64,000 nt of DNA, taken from the IMG/VR virus record IMGVR_UViG_2721755662_000004; one strand, written 5' to 3'. Position 1 is the stretch's first letter, and each line of letters begins with the position of its first letter. The stretch is from a virus (lineage: Duplodnaviria; Heunggongvirae; Uroviricota; Caudoviricetes). The notes beneath the pieces were generated by a model that was not told the DNA's origin, did no database searches, and saw nothing but the letters and a program-made list of their open reading frames with translations. Positions 27,102 to 38,133 of this stretch are shown here, piece after piece. A program made the position numbers and the translations under genes.

Positions 27102-28788
27102 ACCGCGATGTGATGAACCGTCAGAAATGACAGAGGCCGAACAACGTCTGTTCATCATGACTAAACTGAGCAATCCCTGGTGGCGGCTCAATCATCTCTA
27201 CAAGATACAGAACGAAAAAGGTGAGCTGGTCACCTTCAGAATGCGACCGGCGCAGCGCCAGTTGTTCCGGAGCATGCACAATAAAAATATTATCCTGAAA
27301 GCACGCCAGCTGGGGTTTTCCACGGCCATTGATATTTATCTTCTCGACCAGGCATTATTCATACCGCATCTCAAATGCGGGATTGTCGCTCAGGATAAAC
27401 AGGCTGCCAGTGAAATTTTCCGCACCAAAATTGCTGTACCGTTTGATCATCTTCCTGACTGGCTGAGAGCCTCATTCACCATCGTTGAACGTCGTAGCGG
27501 AGCCAGCGGTGGCTATATCCTGTTTGGGCACGGCTCGAGTATCCAGGTGGCAACCTCATTCCGTTCAGGTACGGTGCAGCGCCTGCATATCTCAGAGCAC
27601 GGCAAAATTTGCGCAAAATATCCGGCTAAGGCGAAAGAGCTGCGAACCGGTACACTTAATGCCGTCTCTGATGAGTGCATTATTTTTGATGAATCCACTG
27701 CTGAAGGTGTGGGTGGCGATTTTTACGAGATGAGTAACCGGGCACAGGAAATCACTGCATCAGGGCTGGCGCTGACGCCACAGGATTATAAATTCCATTT
27801 TTACGCCTGGTGGCAGGATCTCAAATACAGCGCCAGAGTGCCGGAAAGCGGACTTAAGCTGTCACGGGAAAAAACAGCGTATTTTTCTGCGGTTGAAAAA
27901 GCAATGAACATCACGCTTACCGATGAGCAGAAACACTGGTACATCTGCAAGGAAACTGAACAGCGTGAGGAAATGAAGCAGGAGTTTCCCTCAACACCAC
28001 AGGAGGCGTTTCTGACGTCCGGACGACGGGTGTTCAGTGCGGAAAGCACGCTGCAGGCAGAGTCATTCTGTTCGCCACCGCTGATTGTTTATGACATTGA
28101 ACCGGTTACAGGAACGAAGACCAAAGCGCAGTCTCTGCGTGACGGGAATAAAGCCGAACAGCACCGGACGCTGATGAATTATCTGCTGGTCTGGGAGCTA
28201 CCGGATCCGGATGAAGAGTATGTATGCGGAGCGGATACCGCTGAGGGGCTGGAGCACGGAGACCGCTCATCGCTGGATATCATCAGATGTAGTAATGGTG
28301 AGCAGGTAGCCCACTGGTTTGGTCATCTCGATGCGGAGCTTTTCGCTCATCTCATTGCGCAGGTCTGCCGTATGTACAACAACGCGTTTGTGGGGCCGGA
28401 GCGTAACAATCACGGACATGCCGTTATCCTGAAACTCCGGGAACTCTATCCGACGCGTTATATCTACAACGAACAGCACCTTGACCAGGCATATGACGAC
28501 GATACGCCCCGTCTTGGCTGGCTGACAACCCGCCAGAGTAAACCGGTCCTGACTGAGGGAATGAAAACGCTGCTGAATAACGGCCTGTCGGGGATCCGCT
28601 GGACGGGCACATTATCAGAAATGAACACCTACGTTTATGACGCGAAAGGCTCCATGAATGCACAGGAAGGCTGTTTTGATGATCAGCTTATGAGCTACAT
28701 GATTGCCCAGGAGATGCGCGCCAGAATGCCGGTGAGGGTAAGACAGAAAACGGATAAACGCAGAACCACACACTGGATGGCTCACTGA
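27082..28788 (+). CDS. Terminase large subunit
   Basis: 568 aa; ATPase and nuclease layout; position before portal. Confidence 0.85.
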   Translation: MTFRKNEPRCDEPSEMTEAEQRLFIMTKLSNPWWRLNHLYKIQNEKGELVTFRMRPAQRQLFRSMHNKNIILKARQLGFSTAIDIYLLDQALFIPHLKCGIVAQDKQAASEIFRTKIAVPFDHLPDWLRASFTIVERRSGASGGYILFGHGSSIQVATSFRSGTVQRLHISEHGKICAKYPAKAKELRTGTLNAVSDECIIFDESTAEGVGGDFYEMSNRAQEITASGLALTPQDYKFHFYAWWQDLKYSARVPESGLKLSREKTAYFSAVEKAMNITLTDEQKHWYICKETEQREEMKQEFPSTPQEAFLTSGRRVFSAESTLQAESFCSPPLIVYDIEPVTGTKTKAQSLRDGNKAEQHRTLMNYLLVWELPDPDEEYVCGADTAEGLEHGDRSSLDIIRCSNGEQVAHWFGHLDAELFAHLIAQVCRMYNNAFVGPERNNHGHAVILKLRELYPTRYIYNEQHLDQAYDDDTPRLGWLTTRQSKPVLTEGMKTLLNNGLSGIRWTGTLSEMNTYVYDAKGSMNAQEGCFDDQLMSYMIAQEMRARMPVRVRQKTDKRRTTHWMAH

Positions 28789-30932
28789 TGAAAAATGAAA
28801 CTAATACCATGGCGACGAAAAACGACAACGGAGCCACGCCGCGTTTTTCTCAGCGCCAGTTACAGGCGCTTTGTTCTGATATTGACAGTCAGCCTAAATG
28901 GCGCGATGCCGCAAACAAGGCCTGTGCGTATTACGATGGTGACCAGTTGCCACCAGAAGTTCTTCAGGTACTGAAAGATCGCGGTCAGCCGATGACTATC
29001 CATAACCTCATCGCGCCTACCGTTGATGGTGTTCTGGGAATGGAGGCCAAAACACGGACTGATCTGGTGGTGATGTCAGACGAGCCAGATGATGAAACTG
29101 AAAAACTGGCTGAAGCTATTAATGCTGAATTTGCCGATGCATGCCGCCTTGGCAATATGAATAAAGCCCGCTCTGATGCCTATGCGGAACAAATCAAGGC
29201 GGGGCTCAGCTGGGTGGAGGTCAGACGGAACAGCGATCCGTTCGGGCCTGAGTTTAAGGTGTCTACTGTCAGCCGGAATGAAGTGTTCTGGGACTGGCTC
29301 AGCCGGGAAGCTGATTTAAGTGACTGCCGCTGGCTGATGCGCCGCCGCTGGATGGATACCGATGAGGCAAAAGCCACATTCCCGGGAATGGCTCAGGTTA
29401 TCGATTATGCCATTGATGACTGGCGTGGTTTTGTCGATACCACGGTTACTGAAGGCCAGCCCAGTCCGTTGATGAGTGCATGGGAAGAGTATCAGTCATG
29501 GGATCGTAAGGAGAACGAATGGCTTCAGCGTGAACGCCGTCGTGTGCTGCTTCAGGTGGTTTATTACCGTACATTCGAGCGTCTTCCGGTGATTGAACTC
29601 AGTAATGGACGGGTGGTGGCCTTTGATAAAAATAATCTGATGCATGCGGTGGCTGTGGCATCCGGGCGGGTGCAGGTGAGAGTCGGGCGGGTAAGTCGTA
29701 TTCGTGAAGCCTGGTTTGTGGGACCGCACTTTATTGTGGATCGCCCCTGCAGTGCGCCGCAGGGGATGTTCCCGCTGGTTCCCTTCTGGGGATACCGGAA
29801 GGATAAAACCGGGGAGCCTTACGGGCTGATTTCCCGGGCCATTCCGGCACAGGATGAGGTGAATTTTCGTCGTATAAAACTGACGTGGTTGCTTCAGGCC
29901 AAACGCGTGATTATGGACGAGGATGCCACCCAGTTGTCAGACAACGAGCTGATGGAGCAGATCGAGCGTCCGGATGGCATTATTAAACTGAATCCGGCCC
30001 GAAAAAATCAGAAAAGCGTTGCTGATGTTTTCCGGGTTGAACAGGATTTTCAGGTTGCCAGCCAGCAGTTTCAGGTCATGCAGGAGTCGGAAAAACTTAT
30101 CCAGGACACGATGGGGGTTTATTCCGCATTTCTCGGGCAGGATTCAAATGCATCGTCCGGCGTGGCGATCAGCAACCTGGTGGAGCAGGGAGCCACAACC
30201 CTTGCCGAAATCAACGATAACTACCAGTTTGCCTGCCAGCAGGTGGGAAGGCTGTTGCTCGCTTATCTTCTCGATGGCCTGAAAAAGCGGCGTAATCATG
30301 CGGTGGTGATTAATCGTGATGATCGCCAGCGTCGCCAGACCATTGTTCTCAATGCTGAAGGTGATAATGGTGAACTGACCAATGATATTTCAAGGTTAAA
30401 TACACATATTGCGCTGGCTCCTGTTCAGCAGACACCGGCGTTTAAGGCACAGCTTGCACAGCGAATGTCAGAGGTTATTCAGGGGCTGCCACCTCAGGTG
30501 CAGGCCGTCGTGCTCGACCTGTGGGTTAACCTTCTGGATGTGCCGCAGAAACAGGAATTTGTCGAACGTATTCGTGCGGCGCTGGGGACACCAAAATCAC
30601 CGGATGAGATGACCCCGGAAGAGCAGCAGGCCGCTCAGCAGCAACAGGCCCAGGAGCAGCAACAACAGGAACTGCAGATGCGCGAAATGGCAGGCCGGGT
30701 GGCTAAACTGGAAGCAGAAGCTGCCAGGGCACAGGCAGCTGCGCAACGGGATAATGCTGGCGCACAACGGGATGTCGCCGCGGCACAGGGACAGCGTTAT
30801 GTGGATGCGCTCAACCAGGCGCATACGGCAGAAATCATTACCGGCATACAGAATATGGAACAGGAGCAGGAAGCTCTTCAGCAACAGATGCTACATACAC
30901 TACAACAGCGGATGCATGAATTGCCGCTATGA
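28788..30932 (+). CDS. Portal protein
   Basis: 714 aa; start overlaps terminase stop (ATGA); Gln/Ala-rich C-terminus. Confidence 0.8.
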   Translation: MKNETNTMATKNDNGATPRFSQRQLQALCSDIDSQPKWRDAANKACAYYDGDQLPPEVLQVLKDRGQPMTIHNLIAPTVDGVLGMEAKTRTDLVVMSDEPDDETEKLAEAINAEFADACRLGNMNKARSDAYAEQIKAGLSWVEVRRNSDPFGPEFKVSTVSRNEVFWDWLSREADLSDCRWLMRRRWMDTDEAKATFPGMAQVIDYAIDDWRGFVDTTVTEGQPSPLMSAWEEYQSWDRKENEWLQRERRRVLLQVVYYRTFERLPVIELSNGRVVAFDKNNLMHAVAVASGRVQVRVGRVSRIREAWFVGPHFIVDRPCSAPQGMFPLVPFWGYRKDKTGEPYGLISRAIPAQDEVNFRRIKLTWLLQAKRVIMDEDATQLSDNELMEQIERPDGIIKLNPARKNQKSVADVFRVEQDFQVASQQFQVMQESEKLIQDTMGVYSAFLGQDSNASSGVAISNLVEQGATTLAEINDNYQFACQQVGRLLLAYLLDGLKKRRNHAVVINRDDRQRRQTIVLNAEGDNGELTNDISRLNTHIALAPVQQTPAFKAQLAQRMSEVIQGLPPQVQAVVLDLWVNLLDVPQKQEFVERIRAALGTPKSPDEMTPEEQQAAQQQQAQEQQQQELQMREMAGRVAKLEAEAARAQAAAQRDNAGAQRDVAAAQGQRYVDALNQAHTAEIITGIQNMEQEQEALQQQMLHTLQQRMHELPL

Positions 30933-30952
30933 ATATCCTGAACTTAACGGAA

Positions 30953-30977
30953 CCCCGTCATCGTACGGGGTTTTTTG
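30953..30977 (+). terminator. Intrinsic terminator-like hairpin between portal and scaffold
   Basis: CCCCGT-loop-ACGGGG plus T6. Confidence 0.5.
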
Positions 30978-31089
30978 TTTCCGGAGATAAGCGTCCCGGG
31001 AGCGGTGCGCTTATTCGCGGGGGCAGCGATAAGCCTTATTTACTCAACCATTCGGATCTGTCCGATAAACAGACCATGCGGAGTTATTT

Positions 31090-32097
31090 ATGGATTTTGA
31101 ATTTACGGGTGAAGAAACCCCGGAACAACTGGAAAAAATGCTGGAAGGACTTGGGGATGTGGATATTGACGGTCACGAACAGGACGGCGTGACAGAGGCC
31201 GCCACAGAAAATCATGCGGATGAGGCAGCACAGACACAGACGGGCGATAACACTGCGGCACCGACGCCGGATGCCAGTGCTGAGCAGACGCAGGACGTGA
31301 AGGAGCCGGAGGCGAAGGGTGTGCTCACCCGCGATGGTAAACACGTCATTCCCTATGAAGTCCTTGAGGCTGAACGTTCCGGTAAGCAGCGGGCCGAACA
31401 GGAAGCCGCACTTCTTCGGGGACAGATAGCCGAAGAAAAACGCCTGGTTGAACTGCTGACGTCTCAGATTCACCAGGCCGGTATGAAACCCGCACCGTTA
31501 CCGGAAAACGAAAAAATCTCTGATGAGAAGATTGCCCGTATCAGGGAGATGTATCCGGAAATTGGTGACGCGGTGGCTTCGCTTATCCGTAAAAATAACT
31601 ATCTCCAGTCCCGTGTTCAGCAATCAGCACAGCAGGCAGAAGGTCATGGTGGTGAGGATTTATCACCGGTTCTTGATGCAATGAATGACGTGCCGGTGCT
31701 GAAAACGTGGCAGAACTCCGATCCGGATCGCTTCTCGGTTGCCGTATCCATCGACGGGAAGCTCCAGAATGACCCCGTATGGAAAGACAAACCGCTCACT
31801 GAACGTTTCGCCGAAGTGGCCCGCCGTACGCAGCTCGCTTTCGGTGAAGCCAGTGAGCCGCCTTCTGATGACAAGGCAGACAACACGGATATCCGGAAAA
31901 CGGCAGAAGAAAAAGTGAAAGCCGCTGAACGGGAGATGGCAGTGCCTGCTTCCCCGTCAGAGCTTGGCAACACGGCTTCCGTCGGAACCGGTGATAATTT
32001 TGAACGGTTACTTGGTGCTTCCCATACCGAAATTGAAGCAGCCATGCGAGGCATGACGGACGCTGAAATTGACGCGATTCTGGAAAAACTCGGGTAA
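31090..32097 (+). CDS. Putative scaffolding protein
   Basis: 335 aa, acidic N-terminus, predicted helical; between portal and capsid. Confidence 0.6.
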   Translation: MDFEFTGEETPEQLEKMLEGLGDVDIDGHEQDGVTEAATENHADEAAQTQTGDNTAAPTPDASAEQTQDVKEPEAKGVLTRDGKHVIPYEVLEAERSGKQRAEQEAALLRGQIAEEKRLVELLTSQIHQAGMKPAPLPENEKISDEKIARIREMYPEIGDAVASLIRKNNYLQSRVQQSAQQAEGHGGEDLSPVLDAMNDVPVLKTWQNSDPDRFSVAVSIDGKLQNDPVWKDKPLTERFAEVARRTQLAFGEASEPPSDDKADNTDIRKTAEEKVKAAEREMAVPASPSELGNTASVGTGDNFERLLGASHTEIEAAMRGMTDAEIDAILEKLG

Positions 32098-32119
32098 CCA
32101 CTGAAGGAGTACTGACGTA

Positions 32120-33334
32120 ATGACCACAGTAACAACAGCCCAGGCGAATAAGCTGTATCAGGTGGCGCTTTTCACGGCTGCCAACCGAAACCGCTCGATG
32201 GTGAATATTCTCACTGAACAGCAGGATGCACCAAAAGCAGTTTCGCCTGACAAGAAAAGCACGAAGCAGACCAGTGCAGGTGCACCGGTTGTGCGAATCA
32301 CGGACCTCAACAAACAGGCCGGTGATGAAGTGACGTTCAGCATCATGCACAAACTCTCTAAACGTCCGACGATGGGGGATGAGCGCGTTGAAGGCCGTGG
32401 TGAAGACCTCAGCCATGCTGATTTTTCCCTGAAAATTAATCAGGGCCGTCACCTGGTGGATGCGGGCGGACGTATGAGCCAGCAGCGTACGAAGTTCAAC
32501 CTGGCATCCTCTGCCAGAACGCTGCTGGGTACGTACTTTAACGACCTGCAAGACCAGTGTGCGATAGTGCATCTTGCCGGTGCCCGCGGTGATTTTGTTG
32601 CTGATGACACCATTCTGCCAACGGCAGATCACCCTGAATTCAAAAAAATCATGATCAACGACGTACTGCCGCCGACGCATGATCGTCATTTTTTCGGTGG
32701 GGATGCGACGAGTTTTGAGAGTATTGACCAGTCTGACCTGTTCACCCTTGCGCTGGTCGATAATCTCTCGTTGTTTATTGACGAGATGGCTCATCCGTTA
32801 CAACCGGTACGCCTGTCCGGTGATGAATTGTATGGCGAAGATCCGTATTACGTCCTCTACGTCACGCCGCGTCAGTGGAATGACTGGTACACCTCCACGT
32901 CCGGCAAGGACTGGAACCAGATGATGACGCGTGCCGTAAACCGCTCAAAAGGTTTTAACCATCCGCTGTTCAAAGGCGAATGTGCGATGTGGCGCAATAT
33001 TCTGGTCCGTAAGTATGCGGGGATGCCGATCCGTTTCTATCAGGGGTCAAAGGTTATGGTGTCGAACAATGACCTTACGGCAACGATGGCAGAAAAGGCT
33101 GCTGCAACCAACATCGACCGTGCCATGCTGCTGGGGGCTCAGGCGCTGGCGAATGCGTACGGTCAGAAGGGCGGCGGTCACTTCAACATGGTTGAGAAGA
33201 AAACGGATATGGATAACCGTACTGAGATAGCAATCAGCTGGATCAACGGTCTGAAAAAAATCCGTTTCCCCGAGAAGAGCGGCAAGATGCAGGATCACGG
33301 CGTGATTGCCATTGATACCGCAGTGAAGCTGTGA
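32120..33334 (+). CDS. Major capsid protein
   Basis: 404 aa with AAGGAG SD; position after scaffold; followed by strong terminator. Confidence 0.8.
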   Translation: MTTVTTAQANKLYQVALFTAANRNRSMVNILTEQQDAPKAVSPDKKSTKQTSAGAPVVRITDLNKQAGDEVTFSIMHKLSKRPTMGDERVEGRGEDLSHADFSLKINQGRHLVDAGGRMSQQRTKFNLASSARTLLGTYFNDLQDQCAIVHLAGARGDFVADDTILPTADHPEFKKIMINDVLPPTHDRHFFGGDATSFESIDQSDLFTLALVDNLSLFIDEMAHPLQPVRLSGDELYGEDPYYVLYVTPRQWNDWYTSTSGKDWNQMMTRAVNRSKGFNHPLFKGECAMWRNILVRKYAGMPIRFYQGSKVMVSNNDLTATMAEKAAATNIDRAMLLGAQALANAYGQKGGGHFNMVEKKTDMDNRTEIAISWINGLKKIRFPEKSGKMQDHGVIAIDTAVKL

Positions 33335-33350
33335 TTTTTCCTTTCCCCAT

Positions 33351-33373
33351 GCCGGGTTATCGCCCGGCTTTTT
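33351..33373 (+). terminator. Intrinsic terminator after capsid gene
   Basis: GCCGGG-loop-CCCGGC plus T5. Confidence 0.55.
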
Positions 33374-33388
33374 CAGGAGTCATTAATT

Positions 33389-33778
33389 ATGGCAAAGACT
33401 ATCCTTGCTCCATCACTGAGTGAGCGGATTTATTCAGGTACGCACGGTAATGAGTCGGTGGCAGAAGGTGTGTTTACAGTGAACGCTGCGGAAGCGGACA
33501 GTGTTATTCATCTTCTTTCACTGCCAGTTGGTATCCGTATCAACTCACTGCAACTGGTTTCAACGGGCGGTCTGGGTACTGCAACCGTCAGCATTAAGTC
33601 CGGTGAGCATGTTCTCATCGATAACAGCGAAGCTGTTTCTGCAAAATTTGCCAGATATGTGCCCGTGGAGCCGTACACCACACTGCGTGACGGGGAGCTG
33701 GTTACTGTCACCATTAAGACTGCCGCTGCAACCGGCACCCTGAATGTTCTGCTGCGTTATACCGTGGTGGGTTACTGA
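33389..33778 (+). CDS. Virion structural protein (hypothetical)
   Basis: 129-aa ORF in structural module. Confidence 0.55.
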   Translation: MAKTILAPSLSERIYSGTHGNESVAEGVFTVNAAEADSVIHLLSLPVGIRINSLQLVSTGGLGTATVSIKSGEHVLIDNSEAVSAKFARYVPVEPYTTLRDGELVTVTIKTAAATGTLNVLLRYTVVGY

Positions 33779-33791
33779 TATAAACCTTCTG

Positions 33792-33814
33792 GCCCGCGTC
33801 ATGCGGGCTTTTTT
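33792..33814 (+). terminator. Intrinsic terminator
   Basis: GCCCGC-loop-GCGGGC plus T6. Confidence 0.55.
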
Positions 33815-33828
33815 ACCCGGGGAATTAT

Positions 33829-34290
33829 ATGAGCGAAAAAATTGCCGTTGTCTATATCGGCCCCAAACCCGTGAAAAAGGATACCCTTACCGGGAGTCGT
33901 ACACTGTTCCCGCGTCTTGAGCCGGTGCATGTTGACAATGCGTTTGCTTGGCAGTTGCTGGCCTTTTCTGACGTCTGGGTTCGTCATGAAGAGCTTGATG
34001 GCGTACTGAAAAAGCAACAACAGGATGAGCAGTTGCGGCAGGCACAGCAGGCGCAGGAAAGAGAACAGGTTGCTCTTGCAGAAGCGGAGAACAGTTTTGT
34101 GGTTAGCGTTGGTGGTCAGGATGTGGATTTGAGCAAACTCACGTCCGCACGGCTGGCAACGTTGTGTGAGGCAGAAGAGCTGAATATTCACAAAGACCCG
34201 AAAGAAACGGCTGATGCATTCCGTATCCGTGTGCGTGAGGCATTTCGCCGTCGTGTTGCGGAGACTGAACAGCATGGCGGAACTGACTGA
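33829..34290 (+). CDS. Virion structural protein (hypothetical)
   Basis: 153-aa ORF, Gln-rich coiled-coil segment. Confidence 0.55.
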   Translation: MSEKIAVVYIGPKPVKKDTLTGSRTLFPRLEPVHVDNAFAWQLLAFSDVWVRHEELDGVLKKQQQDEQLRQAQQAQEREQVALAEAENSFVVSVGGQDVDLSKLTSARLATLCEAEELNIHKDPKETADAFRIRVREAFRRRVAETEQHGGTD

Positions 34291-34837
34291 TTTTTTACCG
34301 TATGTCCGTCGCCATATCAGTGGTCCGCTGAACATTATGATGACGGATGCGTTATCCATGTCGGCAGTGGCATTCTGCCGTCAGTCCCTGTTGTGCCGCC
34401 GTGAAGCCACGCTGTCACCGTCAGCTGGAGAGGACTGTGTGCTGCCATATGACGCGGAGAATGAAGAGTGCGTACATATTATTCGTATCCTCGCTGACGG
34501 GCGTGAGCTTTTTGCCGGTCATGATGTAGAAATCCGCCCGGGGCGGGTAATGCATTTTGCCTGTTCGCCCGGAGAGGTGAGTGTGCTTTATGCCGTTGCT
34601 CCGAAAGCAGGGAGCCGTCAGGTGCAGGATGAACTGCGGGCATGGTCTGAAGAAGTGGCAGCAGGGGCGCTTGAACGGTTGTTCATGCAGACCGGGGTTT
34701 CATGGTCAGACCCGTCGCGCGCACAGTATTTCTCTGTGCTGTTTTCTGAGGGTATCCGTCGGGCATATCGCGACACACTGGCGACAAGTCCGTACTCCTC
34801 ATACCGCAATCCTGTCCGCAGACAAAGGTTTTACTGA
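34274..34837 (+). CDS. Virion structural protein (hypothetical)
   Basis: Internal start MAELTDFLPY...; coupled to neighbours. Confidence 0.5.
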   Translation: MAELTDFLPYVRRHISGPLNIMMTDALSMSAVAFCRQSLLCRREATLSPSAGEDCVLPYDAENEECVHIIRILADGRELFAGHDVEIRPGRVMHFACSPGEVSVLYAVAPKAGSRQVQDELRAWSEEVAAGALERLFMQTGVSWSDPSRAQYFSVLFSEGIRRAYRDTLATSPYSSYRNPVRRQRFY

Positions 34838-35487
34838 TGACGACGATTACAGAAATCATCGGACGTGTGAATACACAACTGGTTGACCCGATGATGGTTC
34901 GCTGGTCCCTGCAGGAATTGTGCGATTATTACAATGATGCTGTGAGGGCAGTGATTCTGGCGAGACCGGATGCTGGCGCAAGCCTGGAAACAATCAGTTG
35001 TGTTCCGGGCGCCCGTCAGGTTTTGCCCGATGGTGTAATACAACTTCTTGACGTGATATGCCTCAGTGACGGTAGTGCAGTCAGACCATTATCCCGGGAG
35101 GTGCTGGATGCGCAGTATCCTGAGTGGCTCACAATGAAGGGCATTCCTGAATGTTTTATCAGCAACGACCTGTCCCCGCGCGTATTCTGGCTGTTTCCTG
35201 CTCCTGACAAAGAGATAAGTATTGATGCAGTGGTAAGCCGGATACCGGAGGCAGTGTATGTTCTGACGCAGGACGATGATACGCCAGTTCCACTGGAAGA
35301 TGCTTATGTTAACCCACTGGTGGACTGGATGTTGTTTCGCGCTTTCAGTAAGGATGCTGCCGGTGGCGCAGAATCGGGGCTGGCTGCGCAGCATTATCAG
35401 AGTTTTGTTGAGCAACTTGGGATCAAACAGGGGGCAGACAGTGCATTGTCTGCCCGTAAAAAAGTGTTTAACGGAGGTGGAGTGTGA
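34837..35487 (+). CDS. Virion structural protein (hypothetical)
   Basis: 216-aa ORF, ATGA overlap with upstream gene. Confidence 0.55.
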   Translation: MTTITEIIGRVNTQLVDPMMVRWSLQELCDYYNDAVRAVILARPDAGASLETISCVPGARQVLPDGVIQLLDVICLSDGSAVRPLSREVLDAQYPEWLTMKGIPECFISNDLSPRVFWLFPAPDKEISIDAVVSRIPEAVYVLTQDDDTPVPLEDAYVNPLVDWMLFRAFSKDAAGGAESGLAAQHYQSFVEQLGIKQGADSALSARKKVFNGGGV

Positions 35488-37499
35488 GTGTTGTTGTTTC
35501 GGGGACGCTGAAATCTCCTGATGGTGAGGCGATATCAGGAGCAAATATTACCCTGACGGCGCTGACAGTTTCACCGGATGCGCTCAGCGGCACCAGTGCG
35601 TCGGCAGTGACCCGTGAAGGTGGATATTACGGAATGACGATGGATCCGGGGGAGTATGCGGTTTCGGTGACGGTGAAAGGGAAGACTGCTGTCTACGGAC
35701 GTGTGCGTATTGAGGGGACCGAAAGTACGGTGACGCTCAATATGCTGTTACGCCGCAGTCTTGTTGAGGTGAGCATACCCGGAGAACTGCTGACAGATTT
35801 CCGGCAGATACAGAATAATGTGGCTGATGACCTTGCCACTATTCGTCGCCTGAATGAAGACACGGCGACAAAAAACACTCAGGCCACACAGTCAAAAGAC
35901 AGTGCAGCAGCCAGTGCGAAGAGTGCATCTGACAGTGCAAAGACGGCAACCAGCAGGGCGGCTGAAGCCGGACAAAAAGCCAGTGAAGCTGCAGAAGCGG
36001 CGACCCGGGCATGCGAGTCTGAAAAGGCCGCGGCAGCAGACGCGAATGATGCCAGACAACATGCTGAAACCGCCAGAGTGGCTCATGAGGCCGCCGGAGA
36101 CGTTCTTAAACGTGCTGAGGCTGCTACGGTTAGTGCTGAAGAGGCCAGGCGTATGGCAGAGAATGCCAGAGGCCCTAAAGGTGATACCGGACCGAAAGGT
36201 GATGCAGGCCCTCGTGGAGAAACAGGTCCACAAGGCGCACAAGGACCACGCGGTGAAACAGGACCGGTGGGGCCGCAAGGAGAGCGGGGGATTCAGGGGC
36301 CTGCTGGTCCACGAGGTGAAACCGGGGCCAGAGGTGAAAAAGGAGCCCCCGGAGACCCGGGGGGACCACCCGGGCCGAAAGGTGATGCAGGACCTAAAGG
36401 TGACACCGGACCAGCCGGTCCCGCAGGTGAAAAAGGTGAGCCGGGAGAACGAGGGCCTCAGGGAGAGCAGGGGCTACGCGGACCTGCAGGAGAGAGAGGC
36501 CCGGCGGGGCCGCAGGGACCGAAAGGAGATGCCGGTGCGACAGGTCCGGCAGGTCCGAAAGGTGAACGAGGCGAAGCTGGGCCGCAGGGCCCCCGCGGGG
36601 AGCCTGGTCCGGCGGGCAGCGCAGCAAATGTGGTGGACGCGACGACGGCACAGAAGGGAATTGTGCAGCTAAGTAGTGATACTGCCAGTAATGACGAAAC
36701 AAAGGCTGCCACGTCGAAGGCTGTGAAGGCGGCAATGGATGAGGCCAAGGCGGCGAGACAGAAGGCAGAAGAGGTTGCTGCAGGTGGTGGCGTTCCCGGC
36801 CCGAAGGGAGACAAGGGCGATACGGGTCCGGCAGGCCCACAGGGACCGAAAGGGGATACGGGAGCCGCAGGCCCGGCAGGCGCACAGGGGCCAAAAGGTG
36901 ACAAAGGCGATCCGGGGGTGGCTGGACCAGCAGGTCCGGCGGGGCCACAGGGACCGAAAGGGGATACGGGAGCCGCAGGCCCGGCAGGCGCACAGGGGCC
37001 AAAAGGTGACAAAGGCGATCCGGGGGTGGCTGGACCAGCAGGTCCGGCGGGGCCACAGGGACCGAAGGGAGACACAGGAGCCCCCGGGCAAGGAACAGAA
37101 CTGCTTACTACTGCCAATACATGGACTCAGGCACAAACTTTTAATGGTGGTATTAATGGCAATTTGACGGTGACCGGAAACGGCTCATTTAACGATGTTC
37201 AGATCCGTTCGGATAAACGCAACAAGCGAAATGCAATACGAATAGATAATTGTCTGGAGAAGCTTGACTTGCTAACGGGTTATTTGTATGAAATACAGAA
37301 TGCTGATGGCAGTTGGCAACAATCTGTGGGATTATTTGCACAGGATGCGTTAAAGGCTCAACCAGAGTTAGTTACATCTGATACAGATATCATATCTGGT
37401 GAAGAGAGATTTCGATTAAATTATAATGGTGTTATTGCACTGTTAGTTGAAGGAATAAAAAATCTGCGTAAAGAGATTAGCGACCTTAAAGAGAAATAA
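35484..37499 (+). CDS. Tail fibre/spike with collagen-like Gly-X-Y repeats and C-terminal intramolecular-chaperone-like domain
   Basis: 671 aa; long GPxGxxG tracts; GTG start overlapping upstream stop; C-terminus ...[30 protein letters not shown]...[26 protein letters not shown]. Confidence 0.85.
   Translation: MSVVVSGTLKSPDGEAISGANITLTALTVSPDALSGTSASAVTREGGYYGMTMDPGEYAVSVTVKGKTAVYGRVRIEGTESTVTLNMLLRRSLVEVSIPGELLTDFRQIQNNVADDLATIRRLNEDTATKNTQATQSKDSAAASAKSASDSAKTATSRAAEAGQKASEAAEAATRACESEKAAAADANDARQHAETARVAHEAAGDVLKRAEAATVSAEEARRMAENARGPKGDTGPKGDAGPRGETGPQGAQGPRGETGPVGPQGERGIQGPAGPRGETGARGEKGAPGDPGGPPGPKGDAGPKGDTGPAGPAGEKGEPGERGPQGEQGLRGPAGERGPAGPQGPKGDAGATGPAGPKGERGEAGPQGPRGEPGPAGSAANVVDATTAQKGIVQLSSDTASNDETKAATSKAVKAAMDEAKAARQKAEEVAAGGGVPGPKGDKGDTGPAGPQGPKGDTGAAGPAGAQGPKGDKGDPGVAGPAGPAGPQGPKGDTGAAGPAGAQGPKGDKGDPGVAGPAGPAGPQGPKGDTGAPGQGTELLTTANTWTQAQTFNGGINGNLTVTGNGSFNDVQIRSDKRNKRNAIRIDNCLEKLDLLTGYLYEIQNADGSWQQSVGLFAQDALKAQPELVTSDTDIISGEERFRLNYNGVIALLVEGIKNLRKEISDLKEK
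36839..37054. repeat. Perfect tandem duplication (2 x 108 bp) inside collagen-like region
   Basis: Unit CAGGGACCGAAAGGGGATACGGGAGCC... repeated head to tail; encodes duplicated 36-aa Gly-X-Y block. Confidence 0.8.
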
Positions 37500-37581
37500 T
37501 AAAACAATCAGAGAACAGAGAACCATTAGTCTGAGGCAGAAGATGGTTGGTGTTATCGTCCGAATGACAGGAGGATGTTAA

Positions 37582-38127
37582 ATGGGGGTTGCTTCCGGAT
37601 GGGTTGGCTCCTCTGCCGTTAGTGTAACTGGTGAAAGGTCAATGAAATCGGCAGGTGCCAAACTTAAGCTAAGTACACCGTTTTATATGTCGCAAATGGT
37701 TGGGAAAAGTGTACAGGACTTTTCTATCACTGTAGGTCGTTCAAATTTTGTTGTTTTAGTTCAGGCAACAAATATACAAATTGTTCCTGTAAACAATAAC
37801 TATGGAGGGTATTCTAATAACTCAACAACGACAGGTGCTGGCTCTGCCGTTTCCAGCCGTGTGCAAACACAAAATCCGGCTGGTTCAATAAATGGTTCGT
37901 TGTTAGGTTGTTCAATTACGCATCTTTCTCAAACGCAAGACTCTACCAAGATGTATCTGGGCTTAACGAACGGGCCTAATCAAAACTTTACTCTATCATT
38001 TGATGGAACCAATATCTCATTCACACCATTATCATTTGCAAACAATACTCGGCATTATAGTGCAATAGTTTCTAAAAACTGGCTCTTTAATCAAAACGGA
38101 AAAACTATATCTGTTTATAAGGTTTAG
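37582..38127 (+). CDS. Hypothetical protein in AT-rich island after tail fibre
   Basis: 181 aa; AGGAGG SD; Asn/Ser/Thr-rich. Confidence 0.55.
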   Translation: MGVASGWVGSSAVSVTGERSMKSAGAKLKLSTPFYMSQMVGKSVQDFSITVGRSNFVVLVQATNIQIVPVNNNYGGYSNNSTTTGAGSAVSSRVQTQNPAGSINGSLLGCSITHLSQTQDSTKMYLGLTNGPNQNFTLSFDGTNISFTPLSFANNTRHYSAIVSKNWLFNQNGKTISVYKV

Positions 38128-38133
38128 AAGGAG

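Noticed and set aside
31644-32794. 332-aa and 163-aa minus-strand ORFs overlapping the scaffold and capsid genes
   Set aside because: Antisense to well-supported late structural genes with strong SDs; Arg/Cys-rich junk-like composition
36175-37167. Several long ORFs on the minus strand (155-220 aa, Pro/Ala/Gly-rich) and alternative plus-frame ORFs across the tail fibre gene
   Set aside because: They are reverse and shifted-frame readings of the GC-rich Gly-X-Y codon repeats of the collagen-like tail fibre gene; no start context or independent signal
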